A stretch of 64,000 bases of DNA from Octopus sinensis. Taxonomy: Eukaryota. Made by a program: the position numbers and the translations under genes. Below, in pieces: positions 27,709 through 41,160 of the stretch (position 1 is its first letter; each line of letters opens with the position of its first letter). The stretch lies in contig NC_043004.1 in NCBI RefSeq assembly GCF_006345805.1, forward strand, positions 65,348,001 to 65,412,000, given 5' to 3'. The notes under the pieces were generated by a model, which had not been told where the DNA came from, ran no database searches, and worked only from the letters and a program-made list of their open reading frames with translations.

Positions 27709-27712
27709 ATTA

Positions 27713-27764
<52 letters not shown>

Positions 27765-27769
27765 CATTA

Positions 27770-27807
<38 letters not shown>

Positions 27808-29451
27808 ATTATTATTATTATTATTGGATTGGCAATAATCCCAGTAATTATAGAATTCAGTTACTGGCAATTACGTTTTTATCATTTCACTTAGAAGTCT
27901 TAGGAAATTTATGTTGGAGTAAATCTGTCATCCTTTTATGCTTCCTTGGTTGATTTTAATTGCAAATCCTTGTCTTGCTCCTTTTATTTTTGAGTTCAAC
28001 CTCTGACCTGCACTGTTTATACTCTTAGACTGTTTGACTGCAAGAAATGCGTATCCACTCAGCATATTCTATTGTGTTTGAGGAGAGTCTTTTTCTTTTT
28101 GTGCCGTATGATTTAACACACTCACCGTTAAAATTTCCACTTATTTCTTATTTTTATTTTCCTAAAACTTTCGTTGCGTCTTGCAACCTTTTCAACGAAA
28201 ATTTTACCAGTGAGTGTGTTAAATTATAAGGCACACAAACAAAAAGACTCTCCCCAGACACAACAGGATACGCTTCAATGCACGAATTCATATAAAGAAT
28301 CTTGCAAGCTAAATCCAAAAATCTTTTTAAATATTTGTCTGGAAAAACGGTATACGGAATTTGATTCGGTCTTTCGTAAAATTATATTCGGACATAAGGT
28401 GTTTGGGCGCCGTTGTTTTGGCGCAATCATTTTGGCGCTGAATTATTTGGCATAAATATTTTAATGTTTCTCTCATGTATATGTTCCTCTCGTGCTCCCT
28501 CACTCTCTCTCTCTCACTTTCTTTCTTTCTGTTCATGTGTGTGACCGTATTATTCTGTGTGTATGAGGAGAGGGAAATTGCTTTTATGTCAGTCAATTAC
28601 TAAATCGTAATCTCGCTTTCATTTTCTCTCTTTCCATTCATTTTCTCTCGTCCACTCCTTCCTCCATTCTCTTCCCCTCTCTTCTCTTGCCATACCTCTT
28701 CACTTCTCTTTCCCTTCTCTTACTTCCTCTTCCCTTCTCCTCCTCCTCATCTCTCTCTCTCACTCTTTCTATGAGCTAGGTGTATTTTGTATTCATTTGT
28801 GGTTTTCAATGCCCTGCACTTGACGCCAGCCGTATCGTAGGATGAGAATTCGTCGCTTCCGATATAAGTAACAGTGAATAAAACATTCACTCGCGTTACG
28901 AAAATTTGAACAATTAAATAAAAATCTGGTATACGCAACTGAGGCATATTAAATTAAAATAACCGGCTGAGTAAACGTCACTGAAAAGGTCGAAAAAGAC
29001 CGAAACTCATCTGCTGTTCTCAATGGCCGTCGCCGGGAGTAATTTTCGTCTACTTCTGTTATATCTATTGTGTTTTTAACACATCATGTTCATGAAAAGT
29101 CTTAGCTCAGTACGAATTTCCGTAGCAACTGGCCTATCAACGGAGTATATACATTAGATATGATACCTATATGGCTATTTTAATCTGATACTGCCTCAGA
29201 TGCGTTTACATATTTGCTATTATGCTTTATGTTTAAGGAATGCATACATACATATACATACGTACATACATGCATACACGTGTGTATACATACATACTTA
29301 CATACATACAAGTGTGTGTACGTATACATAATTATGTAGAGGAAAAGATAAAGACGTCGGCAGTTGACTTAGTAACACTTCCATCTCTGTACTGAAACGT
29401 GTGTATTGGGGATTTGAACGGTCTATTTTATTTCTCTACTATTACTACTAC

Positions 29452-29487
<36 letters not shown>

Positions 29488-29737
29488 TGCTGCTGCTGCT
29501 AATACTACCACAACCACCTCCACCACCACTACCACCACCACCTCCACTATATATATGTATATATATATATATTTGTTGTGCGAGATTTTTTATATGAAGT
29601 CGTGTGTTGAAACAGATATTATTATATTTCGGAATGGTCATTTTGCCAGTTTAGCCAATAAAAACACACGCACTATATATTTGGTGTTATTTTGCTTCAG
29701 TGTTATTTATTTTTTACATTAATCTTAATCTTATTTC

Positions 29738-29781
29738 GACCAGAGTTCTTTCGTCACACTCCTGTGACCGCATCAGTGGTC
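29738..29781 (-). ncRNA. Minimal type I hammerhead-like motif (variant core CUGAUGCG)
   Basis: GACCA CTGATGCG GTCACA GGAG TGTGAC GAAA GAAC TC TGGTC: 5-bp stem I, 6-bp stem II, 2-bp stem III. The core departs from CUGANGA. Confidence 0.6.
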
Positions 29782-30078
29782 CTTTGTTTTCTTCTTTCTT
29801 ATTTGTGTCTCTCCTTACTAACCGTCAGCCATTTTGTATTTCTATTGTATGTCTTCATTTGCGCATGCTTATATCTCTATGTGCGTCTATGTTTATTTAG
29901 TGTGTGTGTGTGGGGGGGATGCCTGTAATATTTGTATATTCTGTTTATATACGTTCATGTAATTTGTTTTTGTTGTTGTTGTTTTCGTTTATTGTTATTT
30001 TGTTCATGTGTTTACATCCACATATTATTATTGTCATTACGTATGCTTCTATGTATGTATGTATAACAACAATACTAG

Positions 30079-30109
<31 letters not shown>

Positions 30110-30240
30110 AAAATCTTTTAAATTAAACAAAAAAAACTTATATTGTTATTTATTTCTATTTGTTTATTTATCTGTGTATTTTATTTATTATGTTTTCGGT
30201 TTTATTTATATTATAACCAGTTTATTGGGATCCTCTACCA

Positions 30241-30447
30241 TCATATGTTGTGGTGTGTGCTAGTGTTCCATTCCAGTTTCCTATTCAGGCTAGGTTTATC
30301 TTCTATTATGTGTGTAGCTTCTGTAATTTGTCTGATTGTTGCATCTGTTCTATGTGTGGACAATATTTTAATTTCTATGTTTTTGATTGATCCCTCGGGT
30401 TCCTGTTCGGTGTGTTGGTACAGAATCGATGATCTTTTACCTCCCTT
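30241..30447 (-). pseudogene. GIY-YIG endonuclease C-terminal fragment (Penelope-like)
   Basis: Part of track ORF 30241..30498. The upstream part of that ORF lies in the inverted pLTR and is not real coding sequence. Confidence 0.8.
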
Positions 30448-30574
30448 AAGTCCTCTGGCCGAAATAAGATTAAGAGTAATGTAAAAAATAAGTAACACTG
30501 AAGCAAAATAACACCAAATATATAGTGCGTGTGTTTTTATTGGTTAAACTGGCAAAATGACCTTTCCGAAATAT

Positions 30575-30619
<45 letters not shown>

Positions 30620-30622
<3 letters not shown>

Positions 30623-30825
30623 GGAAAGTTTACGAAAATAAACAAAAGACGAATGCAGGTAGAGTACAAAGAAACAAATTTATTAATATAGCGCTCAGGA
30701 ATAGAAAAAGTATTTTACGTTTCGAGCCTACGCTCTTCGACAGAAAGATACACAGAAAAAAACAGGGAGAGAAACAATGAGAGAAAAAAAATGCGTGTTG
30801 GAGCTAACGATCTATCATGGCGTCT
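30620..30825 (-). mobile_element. ~200-bp (TA)n-inserted element with hammerhead-like motif (core CUGUCGAA)
   Basis: Minus strand TTT CTGTCGAA GAGC GTAG GCTC GAA ACGT A AAA (30713-30746). Starts GACGCCATG..GATCGTT. (TA)n on both sides. Confidence 0.65.
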
Positions 30826-30874
30826 ATATATATATATTCGTATATATATATATATTATATATATATATATATAA

Positions 30875-30906
<32 letters not shown>

Positions 30907-30922
30907 ATATATATATATATTC

Positions 30923-30980
<58 letters not shown>

Positions 30981-31054
30981 CATATATACATATATATATA
31001 TATATTATATACATATATACATAATATAAATATATATATACATACATTTAACCG

Positions 31055-31458
31055 TCGGAGTGGCTGTGTGGTTAGTGGCTTGCTTACGAATTACATGGTT
31101 CGGGGTTCAGTCCCACTGCGTAGCACCTTGGGCAAGTGTCTTCTACTATAGTCTCGGACCAGCCAAAGCCTTGTGAATGGATTTGGTAGACGGAAGCTTA
31201 AAGAAGCCCATCGTATGTGTATATATATATACATATATATGTATGTGTGTGTATATGTTTGTGTGTCTGTGCTCCCCCCCAACATCTCTTGACAACCGAT
31301 GCTGATGTATTTACGTCCCCGTAACTTAGCGGTTCGACAAAAGAAACTGATGGAATAAGTAGTAGGCTTACAAAGAATAAGTCTTGGAGTCGATGTGCTC
31401 GACTAAAGGTGGTGCTCCTGCATGGCCAGAGTCAAATGACTGAAACAAGTAAAAGAGT
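31055..31458 (+). mobile_element. SINE family A
   Basis: Collinear with 16414-16878. Confidence 0.85.
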
Positions 31459-33384
31459 ATACATACATAGATACACGTTAGTCATGAGAGACTGACATTT
31501 GCGCATAAATTCGTAGCAAGTGGGCTTTCTAACACACAGAATTGCCGTTTCTACAACGGAAGCAAATGTAGCTTATAATTTGTTCCCTTGGTTTATAATA
31601 AATTCTATATAATGTTGTTAATTTAATCGAGGTTTAACTTATACAAATATTTATGCTAACCTCAATATATATTATAATTAAATTTCTATAATATAGCTTG
31701 AACATCTTTAAGTTATTTAACCGGGGGATTTACAAATATACATATATATACATATATGTCCACTTTGAATATTAAACTGAATCATACAATTTAGAAATTT
31801 TGAAATAACTTTGTGAGTCGAATTATCTTTGTCTGGTGCCATAAGCCATCTAAATATTGCCGATCGTGTAGCACATTAAAAGTGCAAATCTCACAGCGTC
31901 CGTTATGTCTTTCGGTTAACTGGTGACTATCAAAGATTTCGTGTCAAAATAAGTAGTTTTAAGTGTGAATCAATGTCATAGCGGCTGGAAATAGTTTGTG
32001 AGACAGTTAGAGAGTTTTAGTGCTGTGCAAATTGAATTAACCTTTAAAGAATTGTGAAATCCTATCAGAACAGACAACCATCATAAACAAACTTAGCAAG
32101 TAAAGCACATTTCTTTACAACTGAAGTATCTAGTAATTAGATGTAGTTGAATTGAGAATCTACTGTCACAAATAGTAAACTTTAAATGACATTTCATGTT
32201 TGAAAGTTTTTGTTTATCTTATATGCGCGTATATATATATGTTTATGTACGTGTTTGTGTGTTTGAATGTGCACGAGTCGTGAGTATATACGTACGTACG
32301 TACGTACGTACGTACGTATGTATGTATGTACGTATGTATGTATGTATGTATGTATGTATGTATGTATGTATGTATGTATGTATGTATGTATGTATATCGC
32401 TGTGGGTGTTTGGTGTGAATGTGTGTTTGTGTTTCTGTGTGAATGCGTCGCGATATAGATTTTGCGTAAAGATATAGGAGAGGGGTGTGAAGAAAAATTG
32501 AGTATTGCTGTGAATCTTAACACAATTAATTTGGTTGACAGTGGAGTTAAGTGAGTTTAATCAACAAGCTCTAAACCTAAAAACACTCTGTCAAATATTA
32601 GTTGAATACAAATGACAGAGAAAATAAATGGCATTCCAAAGAACAAAAAAAATATACTATAAATGAGGAACAGAAATAACATCAATGCTTTGGAAATGGC
32701 ACTTACTAATCTAATGTATTGAAAGTTGTTTCTTCTGATTTCTTTAAACTAATGGGTCATTGAGGGTAAAAACGAAGGGAGTTTGTAATCAGATTTTATC
32801 TCTAGGTTCTTGTTTTTATCATTTCCTTCCAGATCAGTATTAATTTAGCTGATATATGATCAAAGGTGTTACCAGAGGCGTTCCTGTCATGGCTATCATG
32901 ATGTGGCTGTCGTTATTGTTGTTTAGTCTGAAATCAACACCTTCACTATGCATATTTGTCATCAGATATATTTTTGCCAAGAGAGAATCCTTTGTTTTTT
33001 TATCTTAGTTATTTCATATGTATGACTACATTATTGAAAGATTCACCTTTCTACATTTCAAGACGGTACTATGTGATTCGAGGGAGATTTAGCTGCTATT
33101 ACTAGCATGTAAATGTTACCTAATTTTTTCTTTTCAGTCATCATTATATTGAAACATCTACTTATTCTGCAAATTTTACTCAAAGGAACTTTCTATAATT
33201 TTTTTTTATTGATATCTAATAAAGAGAAAGGTAAGTCGAGTCCCTAATATTTTCTAGGCTTTCAACAGAATCTGGGATTTGGGAAAGAGAACAGAGAAGA
33301 AAAAACGCAATTATTTGTTGTTATTGTTGTTGCTGCTTAGCTCCGCGCCAATTGTGGTCAAGCACTTCGAAGGTCACTGTCTGT

Positions 33385-33735
33385 CTCACTGCGTGGCACC
33401 TTGTGCAAGTGTCTTCTACTATAGCCTGAGGTCGATCAAAACCTTCTGAGTGGATTTGGTAGACGGAAACTGAAAGAAGCCCGTTGTGTATATGTGTGAA
33501 TATATATATGTGTGGTGTGTGTGTGTGTGTGTGTGATTGTGTGTCTGTGTTTGTCCCACCAACATCGCTTGACAAAAGATGCTGGTGTGTTTACGTCCCC
33601 GTAACTTAACGGCTCGGCAAAAGAGACCTATAGAGTAAGTACTAGGCTTACAAAGAATAAGTCCTGGGGTCGATTTGCTCGACTAAAGGTGGTGCTCCAG
33701 CATGGCCGAGTCAAATGACTGAAACAAGTAAAAGA

Positions 33736-33736
<1 letters not shown>
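33385..33736 (+). mobile_element. SINE family A, 5'-truncated
   Basis: Collinear from the CACTGCGTGGCACC motif onward. Confidence 0.82.
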
Positions 33737-33784
<48 letters not shown>

Positions 33785-36700
33785 CACACATTTCCATATT
33801 AACGAAGACAAGATGGTCATGGCTGGAACGCTTTTAATCATACGGTTGACCTAGGACTAAACAATATCAAAAAACACCATGCCAATTTCTCCTTCAATCA
33901 ATATATTTCACTCGACATACATACGCTGGGTTGGTAACGGCTTCGTAAAATATCTGAAAGTTAGAGGAATTCATTCCATTATATTTTACAGCTATTTTGT
34001 TTTTGTATTTGTTTTGCCAAGGTATAGAAAACCTATAATTTAGGAGAGTAGAGATCGTCGAAGTCGTGTCTTGGCTTGCTGAGAGTACAGCACGTTTCCT
34101 TTTTTTTATAGCTGCTCTTGTCCAGTAGCATTTAATTTAAACGTCCTTGTGTTGTGGTTGTGACTTCAAAGCTTGCTGCGGCCGATAAAAAATAAATAAT
34201 GTACCGGGGGTCGATTCAATAAAATATAACGCTCTCTTACGTGATATGTTCCAAGTCAAAGTCTGCATAGAATTATAAATGTTTATTTTGTAATGCTCTG
34301 TGCCTCCAGGGTCACTGTGCCATGTACAGTTAGATATTATTGACTATGGACAGAGTGTGTAGAAATGGCGACGACAAATAAATCAATAAACAACTGCTGA
34401 GGTTAGCAACAACTTGCAGACTCAAATACACGTACGTAGCAAAATAATGTTGTTTTATCCATATTACGAATTTGTAATAAATGTGGTGGACTAAATGGAA
34501 CAGAAATATTTTCGTCTTACGAATCTGAGACAAAAATATGGGTTTCCAATTCCTCTTAAATTATTTTACATGTCAGGATTTATCTTTTCTCTTTGGGGCT
34601 AGTGATGTTGTTATTTTGGTGGTTTAACCGAAGGAAGGATGGGCCACATAGCGTGTTGCTTTTGATGGCTTACTGAGACTGACAGAGGTGATGGAATATA
34701 AGAAAGAATGGAACAACCCCCAGACAAAAACTTAGCCCTAACTTTTGCAGCAAAATAATGTCCACTAGAGATGCCCAAATACTAAAATGATGGTGTTAAA
34801 CTGGACACAGATTTAAGTTTATCACCTCCAAAACAGCAAGTGTCCCTCCGACATACTTCTGCACATTTTCCATTTACATAATCTCACTCGAAATATTTGC
34901 CTGAGGCTCTGTTAGATAACCCATCTCCGAAACCAAGCGCACTGCGGACGAACCCGGGTCTAAGTATTTCCTAAGCGAACATCATAACTGTACGAAGGAC
35001 ATACATTTTCTACATTAAACAAAATAAGCATTATTTCATTTCAGATTTTCTAATTACTGATATTTCATACAATACAATTTCCATATAGAATACCGTATGG
35101 CCCTTTGCAAAGCCATGTCTGTCATAATACCCAAATATCACACGTTTTTAACATATTATATTTACACCTATATAAAATCAAATATATGAATTCACTCACC
35201 ATCCTGCTGTTTTCGAAACAATGCTTAAGGAAGCACGCTTCAGTGTGCTATTGCTAACTTATCTTTTTTGATGCTTGTAGACCTATAAGACTAAGTTTAT
35301 GCAAGCAAATTGCAAGTTGGACTGGGTTCTTCGTTGATCGACACCTTAGCAGAATTTGTTTTTCGAATGCAACGACCCGGAACCGATATAGTAAGGCATC
35401 ACGTTCCACGGTCTACTAATTCCTCCAATATCAGGTATCTTATTCCGAACTTTATTTACCGATCCCCGAAAGAATGGATGAAAGACAAAGTTGACACCGG
35501 CAGGATATGAATGCAGAATGCAGTGAGCCAGAAAAAGAAAGCGTTAAAGTATTCTATCTGACTCTCTAACAACTATATTACTTCACCTCCTTTGTTGATA
35601 TTATAGAGATGTGTTGTAGAAGAATAAATATGGTGAATATGAAGATGTACGATTGATCTAGTATTCAATAAAGAGATAAAAGCGACGACTGTATTGATCT
35701 CATTTTGAAAATTACCGTATATATTATATTCTCTTTTCGCTAGCACAATTTAGTGGTATTTTCAGATGAGCATATGGTGATAGCGAATTGAAATGTGAGG
35801 CGACTGACAAAAGATTTAGTGGTGTATACGATTCTTCGTTGTATTTTGTTATCTTTGTTTTCTGAGTTCAAATCCCGCAGAGTTCGTCAACTTTGCCTGT
35901 CAACCTTTCATAGGCTAGTATGGGGCGGGATGCGTTTTCTTACTCCTGGCAGATGACACCTTTACACCACTCAGGGGACAACCCTCCAACACAAGGGTCC
36001 GTTTTGGTGGTCATTGCTGGTGTGGGTTTTATGAGATCGGCGATCAACCTCTTTTAGTTGCCTTTTACGAAACGCAGAGGAAGCGATGAGTCTGTTCTTT
36101 GGTATACTGGTTGATAAAATGAAATATGAATTATGTACTGAGGTCCTTTTTAAGCACCTGATTCTTTCCACATTACCCATTTTCCTATCAAAGAAAATAA
36201 TATTTCTATGAGGATCGTAGTGGATTGGCAAATACGTTTGAGCGTTAGTTATAATACTCTGCAGTATATGTCATGGATCTTTACGTTCAAATCCCACTTA
36301 TGGCAGCTTGTTCACATCTTTCCTGAGTCTATAAAATAAATATCAGGCAAGGTGTCGTCCCATCCCTTAACATTTCTAGCAATGTATTCATGTTAGAAAG
36401 AATCGCATTTATAAGAATGGTAGATGTCAGAACCGAAGGAGCATCAGATGAAATATTTTGTCGGTTTTTTTCTCTCTCTCGGTTCAAATACTGTTGGGGT
36501 GAGATTTGCATTTCCTTCTTACAGGTATAGAAATAAAACGGGTACAAGTAAAGCTCTAGGGGGCGTTGTGATTTAGCAAAATACCCATTCAATTCTGTTA
36601 TTCCTTTGTCGGAGATTTCTATCAAGTGAAATAAGAGGAACAAATGTGGATATTCCATTTTCAATTAGATTCCAGTAAATATCGTGAATTCAATCAACAT

Positions 36701-37334
36701 ACAAATACTGGGCTCTATATAGTAGAGTATCTCTCTTCTCTATGTTTAAGGGATTATACATAAAAAACGTAATTAATTTTCTGAATTCAAAGAAAGATTA
36801 GTGCAATTTGTGTTTAACCTTTGAAATTATTTGTTCTTGCTTTCATTGTAGTTGTTTAAAATCTGGTCAACCCCCATCAAACAAATATATCATCATAAAT
36901 GTTCAAGTTGCAATTATGCTGTCTTATTTTCACCATCACTACATTGTTCAATGCATGTGCATTTCCCGTTAGGCAACAGGGCATGATATGAGGAAGATGA
37001 AGTTACAATTTTTGCGCCTAAGTTTTCTGAGCAGGATTCATCGAAATGTTTTCATATAGGCGCTGATATTGTGATGGTTAAGAAGCTCGATTTGCATCGC
37101 GTGGCACGTCGACAAGTGAGTGGCACGTCGACCAGTGAATGGCACATCGAGAAGTGATATGGTTGATGAAAAATTTTACGGCAATTTCTCCAGCATGGCC
37201 ACAGTCCAATAAGCGAAACAGGACAAAGATAAAATACAAATATTCTCGTTGAGTCATGCAGATTGCAGAAAGTAACTCGATTCCCATTCAAATCTCATTT
37301 AATTTGGTTATGCATTTAATGGTTTCAATTTTTG

Positions 37335-37530
37335 ACACAAGCTCAGCTTTTTTAGTGCGGTAAATTGATTACATCGACTCCAGTAATGAACTGGTACTTA
37401 TTTTGTCGACTCCGAAACAATGAAAGTTAAAGTAACCTAAAAAGAATTTGAACACAGAACATAAAAACAGACGTAATGCTGTTAAGCTTCTTACCCGGCG
37501 TGCTAACGCTTGTGTCAATTCGGCGCCTTA
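37335..37530 (-). mobile_element. SINE family B monomer, diverged
   Basis: CTGGTACTTATTTTGTCGACTCCGAAA...ATTTGAACACAGAAC. Confidence 0.65.
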
Positions 37531-37562
37531 GTTACGGCAGTTAATGACATTGACAGAAATAT

Positions 37563-37976
37563 ACTCTCTTTTACTCTTTTACTTGTTTCCGTCATTTGAC
37601 TGTGGTCATGCTGGAGCACCGCCTTTAATCGAGGACATCGACCCCAGGACTTATTCTTTGGAAGCCTAGTACTTATTCTATCGGCCTCTTTGGCCGAACC
37701 GCTAAGTTACGGGTACGTAAACAGACCAGCATCGATTGTGAAGCGATGTTGGGGAGACAAACACAGACACACAAACATATACACACACACATACATATGT
37801 ATATATACATACGACGGTCTTCTTTCAGTTTCCGTCTACCAAATCCACTCTCAAGGCTTTAGTTGGCCCGAGGCTATAGTAGAAGACACTTGTCCAACGT
37901 ACCACGCAGTGGGACTGAACCCGGAACCATGTAGTTCGTAAGCAAGCTACTTATCACACAGCTACTCCTACGCCTA
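37563..37976 (-). mobile_element. SINE family A
   Basis: Reverse complement of the family A consensus seen in this window. Confidence 0.85.
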
Positions 37977-38584
37977 TAAAGGACCACGCTGCTATTTTGT
38001 GGTGCAGAAATCAAATATTACTAGCTAAATGTAATTATTCAATATCTTACAACTGTATACTGTCCGGATGACCACATCACGGCGTGGAAATTTCTTGCAT
38101 TTGCTGACGTTTCATTTAATTAATAGAAAGTTAAGATTCATCCACGTTTAACTAGAGATTAAAAATTATTAACTTTTGCCTACTTAACAAAAAGACGGTA
38201 ACAGAATAGAATGAAACCTGGGAATCATGATCACAAATCTCCTTCGTAAACCATTCAGCCATTCCTACATCCACAGTAACCTTGTTAAAACATTTACACC
38301 TGTTTAAACAATCACATATACCCTTCCTACACATTTCTGTCAGTTTAGTTATACAGAAAATCGATACAAACTTTGTGTAAAGAAAATAAAATCGATACGT
38401 ACACACAGGTACGCATCTTACTGTATTGTAACAGACAAATGTACACGAAATTACTAATTAATTTTACTGTGTGTATAAAAGTAAATAGATGCATAGGTAT
38501 TTACATGTTTAGGTAAATGGAACACCTACCTGCATAGATACCAAACTATACACAAATAACCACACAACCACCAACACACTCACC

Positions 38585-39684
38585 AAAAACACACAGACAC
38601 ACACGTACACAGTTACTATTAACATTTCAAACAGTTTTATTCGGTTCCATGCGACGTAAATTTCGCAGGCTTCTCTCGGCAACCTACGTCGTTCGCGCTT
38701 AGATTACCAGTTTGAATTTAGAATGTAAAAACGGCCGAAATACCGTTAAGTGTTTTGCCCGGCGTGCAAACAACGATCAATGCCCGAGCATGACAAGTTT
38801 CTGTTAGAGACCTGCGAAACTTTGAGTCGCATTGAACCTAACCAAACGCTTTTTAAATAATACCTGTAACTCCTACTAAATGTTTTCAGTGCCCTTGTCT
38901 TTCGCTTGTCCATTCACACATATATTCTTTTATTCATTTCGGCCATGCTGGAGCACCACCTTTAGTCGAGCAAATCCACCTCAGGACTCAATCCTTGTAA
39001 GCCTAGTACATATTCTATCGGACTATTTTGCTGAACCTCTAAGTTACGGGGACGTAAATACACCAGCATCGGTTGTCAATCGATGGTTCGGGGAACAAAG
39101 ACACACACACACACGCACCCACACACACACACACACACACACATGCACATACGCACACATACACATACACAAAAACACAGACACACACGTACACAGTTAC
39201 TATTAACATTTCAAACAGTTTTATTCGGTTCCATGCGACGTAAATTTCGCAGGCTTCTCTCGGCAACCTACGTCGTTCGCGCTTAGATTACCAGTTTGAA
39301 TTTAGAATGTAAAAACGGCCGAAATACCGTTAAGTGTTTTGCCCGGCGTGCAAACAACGATCAATGCCCGAGCATGACAAGTTTCTGTTAGAGACCTGCG
39401 AAACTTTGAGTCGCATTGAACCTAACCAAACGCTTTTTAAATAATACCTGTAACTCCTACTAAATGTTTTCAGTGCCCTTGTCTTTCGCTTGTCCATTCA
39501 CACATATATTCTTTTATTCATTTCAGCCATGCTGGAAGCACCACCTTTAGTCGAGCAAATCCACCTCAGGACTCAATCCTTGTAAGCCTAGTACATATTC
39601 TATCGGACTATTTTGCTGAACCTCTAAGTTACGGGGACGTAAATACACCAGCATCGGTTGTCAAGCGATGGTTCGGGGAACAAA

Positions 39685-39728
<44 letters not shown>

Positions 39729-39771
39729 CACATACGCACACATACACATACACAAAAACACAGACACACAC
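38585..39771. repeat. Near-identical 584-bp direct tandem duplication
   Basis: GTACACAGTTAC at 38605 and 39189. About three differences seen outside the (CA)n tracts. Confidence 0.92.
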
Positions 39772-39790
39772 ACACAGACACACACACACG

Positions 39791-39833
<43 letters not shown>

Positions 39834-39853
39834 ATATATATATATATATATAT

Positions 39854-40305
39854 AGAAGTAAATATATGGCACAACGAAGTACCGATATTTACTGGCAATA
39901 GCGAACGTAATAATACGACGCTAATGTATAGCTTCACCGCGTATGTACTGAAATGTGTGTCGTGGTATATGTTTGGCTGATGAAGATAGATCAAGTATAT
40001 GTGTGCAGGCATATCTTGAAAAATCTGAAACCGGCTCCGGTCCCACATTATCCTTTTCCAGGTATTTTATCTTTCAGATGTTCTCCCTGGGGGTAAGACA
40101 ATTTTTTTCAAGTTTGTTTCACTCACGCATTTTTGCTAGTACATACGCGGTGAAGCTATACATTAGCGTCGTATTATTACTTTCGCTATTTCCAGTAAAT
40201 ATCGGTACTTCGTTGTGCCATATATTTACTTCTGTGTATAATTTTCCCTCACGGGCTATTCTTTACTGGAAAGCAATACTCTCGTATTGCATTACTAATT
40301 ATATA
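39854..40305 (+). mobile_element. Hammerhead-bearing element with 96-bp inverted repeats, in (TA)n
   Basis: Arms 39854-39949 and 40138-40233 (2 internal mismatches seen). Hammerhead in the spacer. ~70-bp 3' tail, then (TA)n. Confidence 0.75.
39974..40045 (+). ncRNA. Type I hammerhead ribozyme candidate, canonical core, GUC site
   Basis: TGG CTGATGA AGAT-[CAAG.ATATG/CATAT.CTTG extension]-ATCT GAA ACCG GCTC CGGT C CCA. Predicted cut after 40042. Confidence 0.75.
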
Positions 40306-40842
40306 TATATATATATACGACGGGCGTCTTTCAGTCTCCGTCTACCAAATCCACTCACAAGGCTTTGGTCGGCCTGAGGCTATAGTAAACAACACGTGCC
40401 CAAGGCACCACGCAGCGGGACTGAACCCAGAACCATGTGGTTGATAAGCAAGCCACTTTGTTTAAAAATTGGTCAATATATATGCGGACTAAGAGAGAGA
40501 ATCACAAAGATGATGAACAGGTAGGTACACGCAAACATTCATAAATATATATTTATTAACATGTATACCAATTGCATGTAAGATTTGAGAAGTGTGAGAT
40601 ATGATTTCAATATGAAAAATATATTATGCTATTGAACACTATCGGGTGTTGAAGTCAAGTTTTCAGCGAGAACAATGCCAAAATAGGTTAAGAGATGGCT
40701 CGCTACGGAGTCAGTGTACAACGCCCCCAAACAAAGTGGCCATACAGTTTGAATATCGGAAGTTATTTAGGATCTTCGTTAAAGAATTGCTCGAAGTCCA
40801 ATGAAGTCAATATGTAATTTGGCGCCACAGTCTCAATAATAA

Positions 40843-41160
40843 CAAGAGCACTTAGAGAGCGCAACCACCGCCAAGGCAACAGCAACGTCGTCTGAACGAT
40901 TAGCCAGAGATGATTTTAAAAATGAAAATGTCTGAAATAAACTCAACTGCTCTCACGAACGAGAATACTAGAAATGAACCCGACCGCTCTCAAAAATTAT
41001 GTAAAAACAAAACAAAAAACAGGGAAAATAATCCAGAATCCTTATCCGGTACCGGATCGATCGCAAAATGTAATCAGTTCGTGTCAGTCACGAGGTCAAA
41101 TAAACTAACAAACACGAGTGAAAACAATACCTCCACTTTCGCTAAGACGGTGGTAATAAC
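40843..41160. mobile_element. Possible Helentron-associated non-autonomous element
   Basis: Subterminal inverted motifs ACCACCGCC near the start and GACGGTGGT near the end, internal ATCCGGTACCGGAT hairpin. Classification is from recalled similarity only. Confidence 0.4.

Larger units (their letters stand above)
29573..30580 (-). mobile_element. 5'-truncated Penelope-like element: GIY-YIG C-terminus, 3' UTR, pLTR with hammerhead-like motif, plus 5' inverted partial pLTR
   Basis: Minus ORF end SSILYQH...IKILSTHRTDATIRQITEATHIIEDKPSLNRKLEW matches the E-A-x-x-I-x-x-x-x-P-x-L-N tail of PLE GIY-YIG domains. 30452-30580 is an inverted copy of ~29619-29745. Flanked by (TA)n. Confidence 0.85.
39510..40455 (-). 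mobile_element. SINE family A split by the hammerhead element (3' half 39510-39690, 5' half 40316-40455)
   Basis: Two collinear halves around the internal microsatellite. Confidence 0.75.

Noticed and set aside
28395-28450. Repeated TTTGGCGC motifs as transposon subterminal repeats
   Set aside because: Only three short copies and no matching opposite end was found.
28976-29015. CTGAAAA-GGTC/GACC-GAAA hammerhead-like motif
   Set aside because: G8 is missing and stems I and III cannot be formed.
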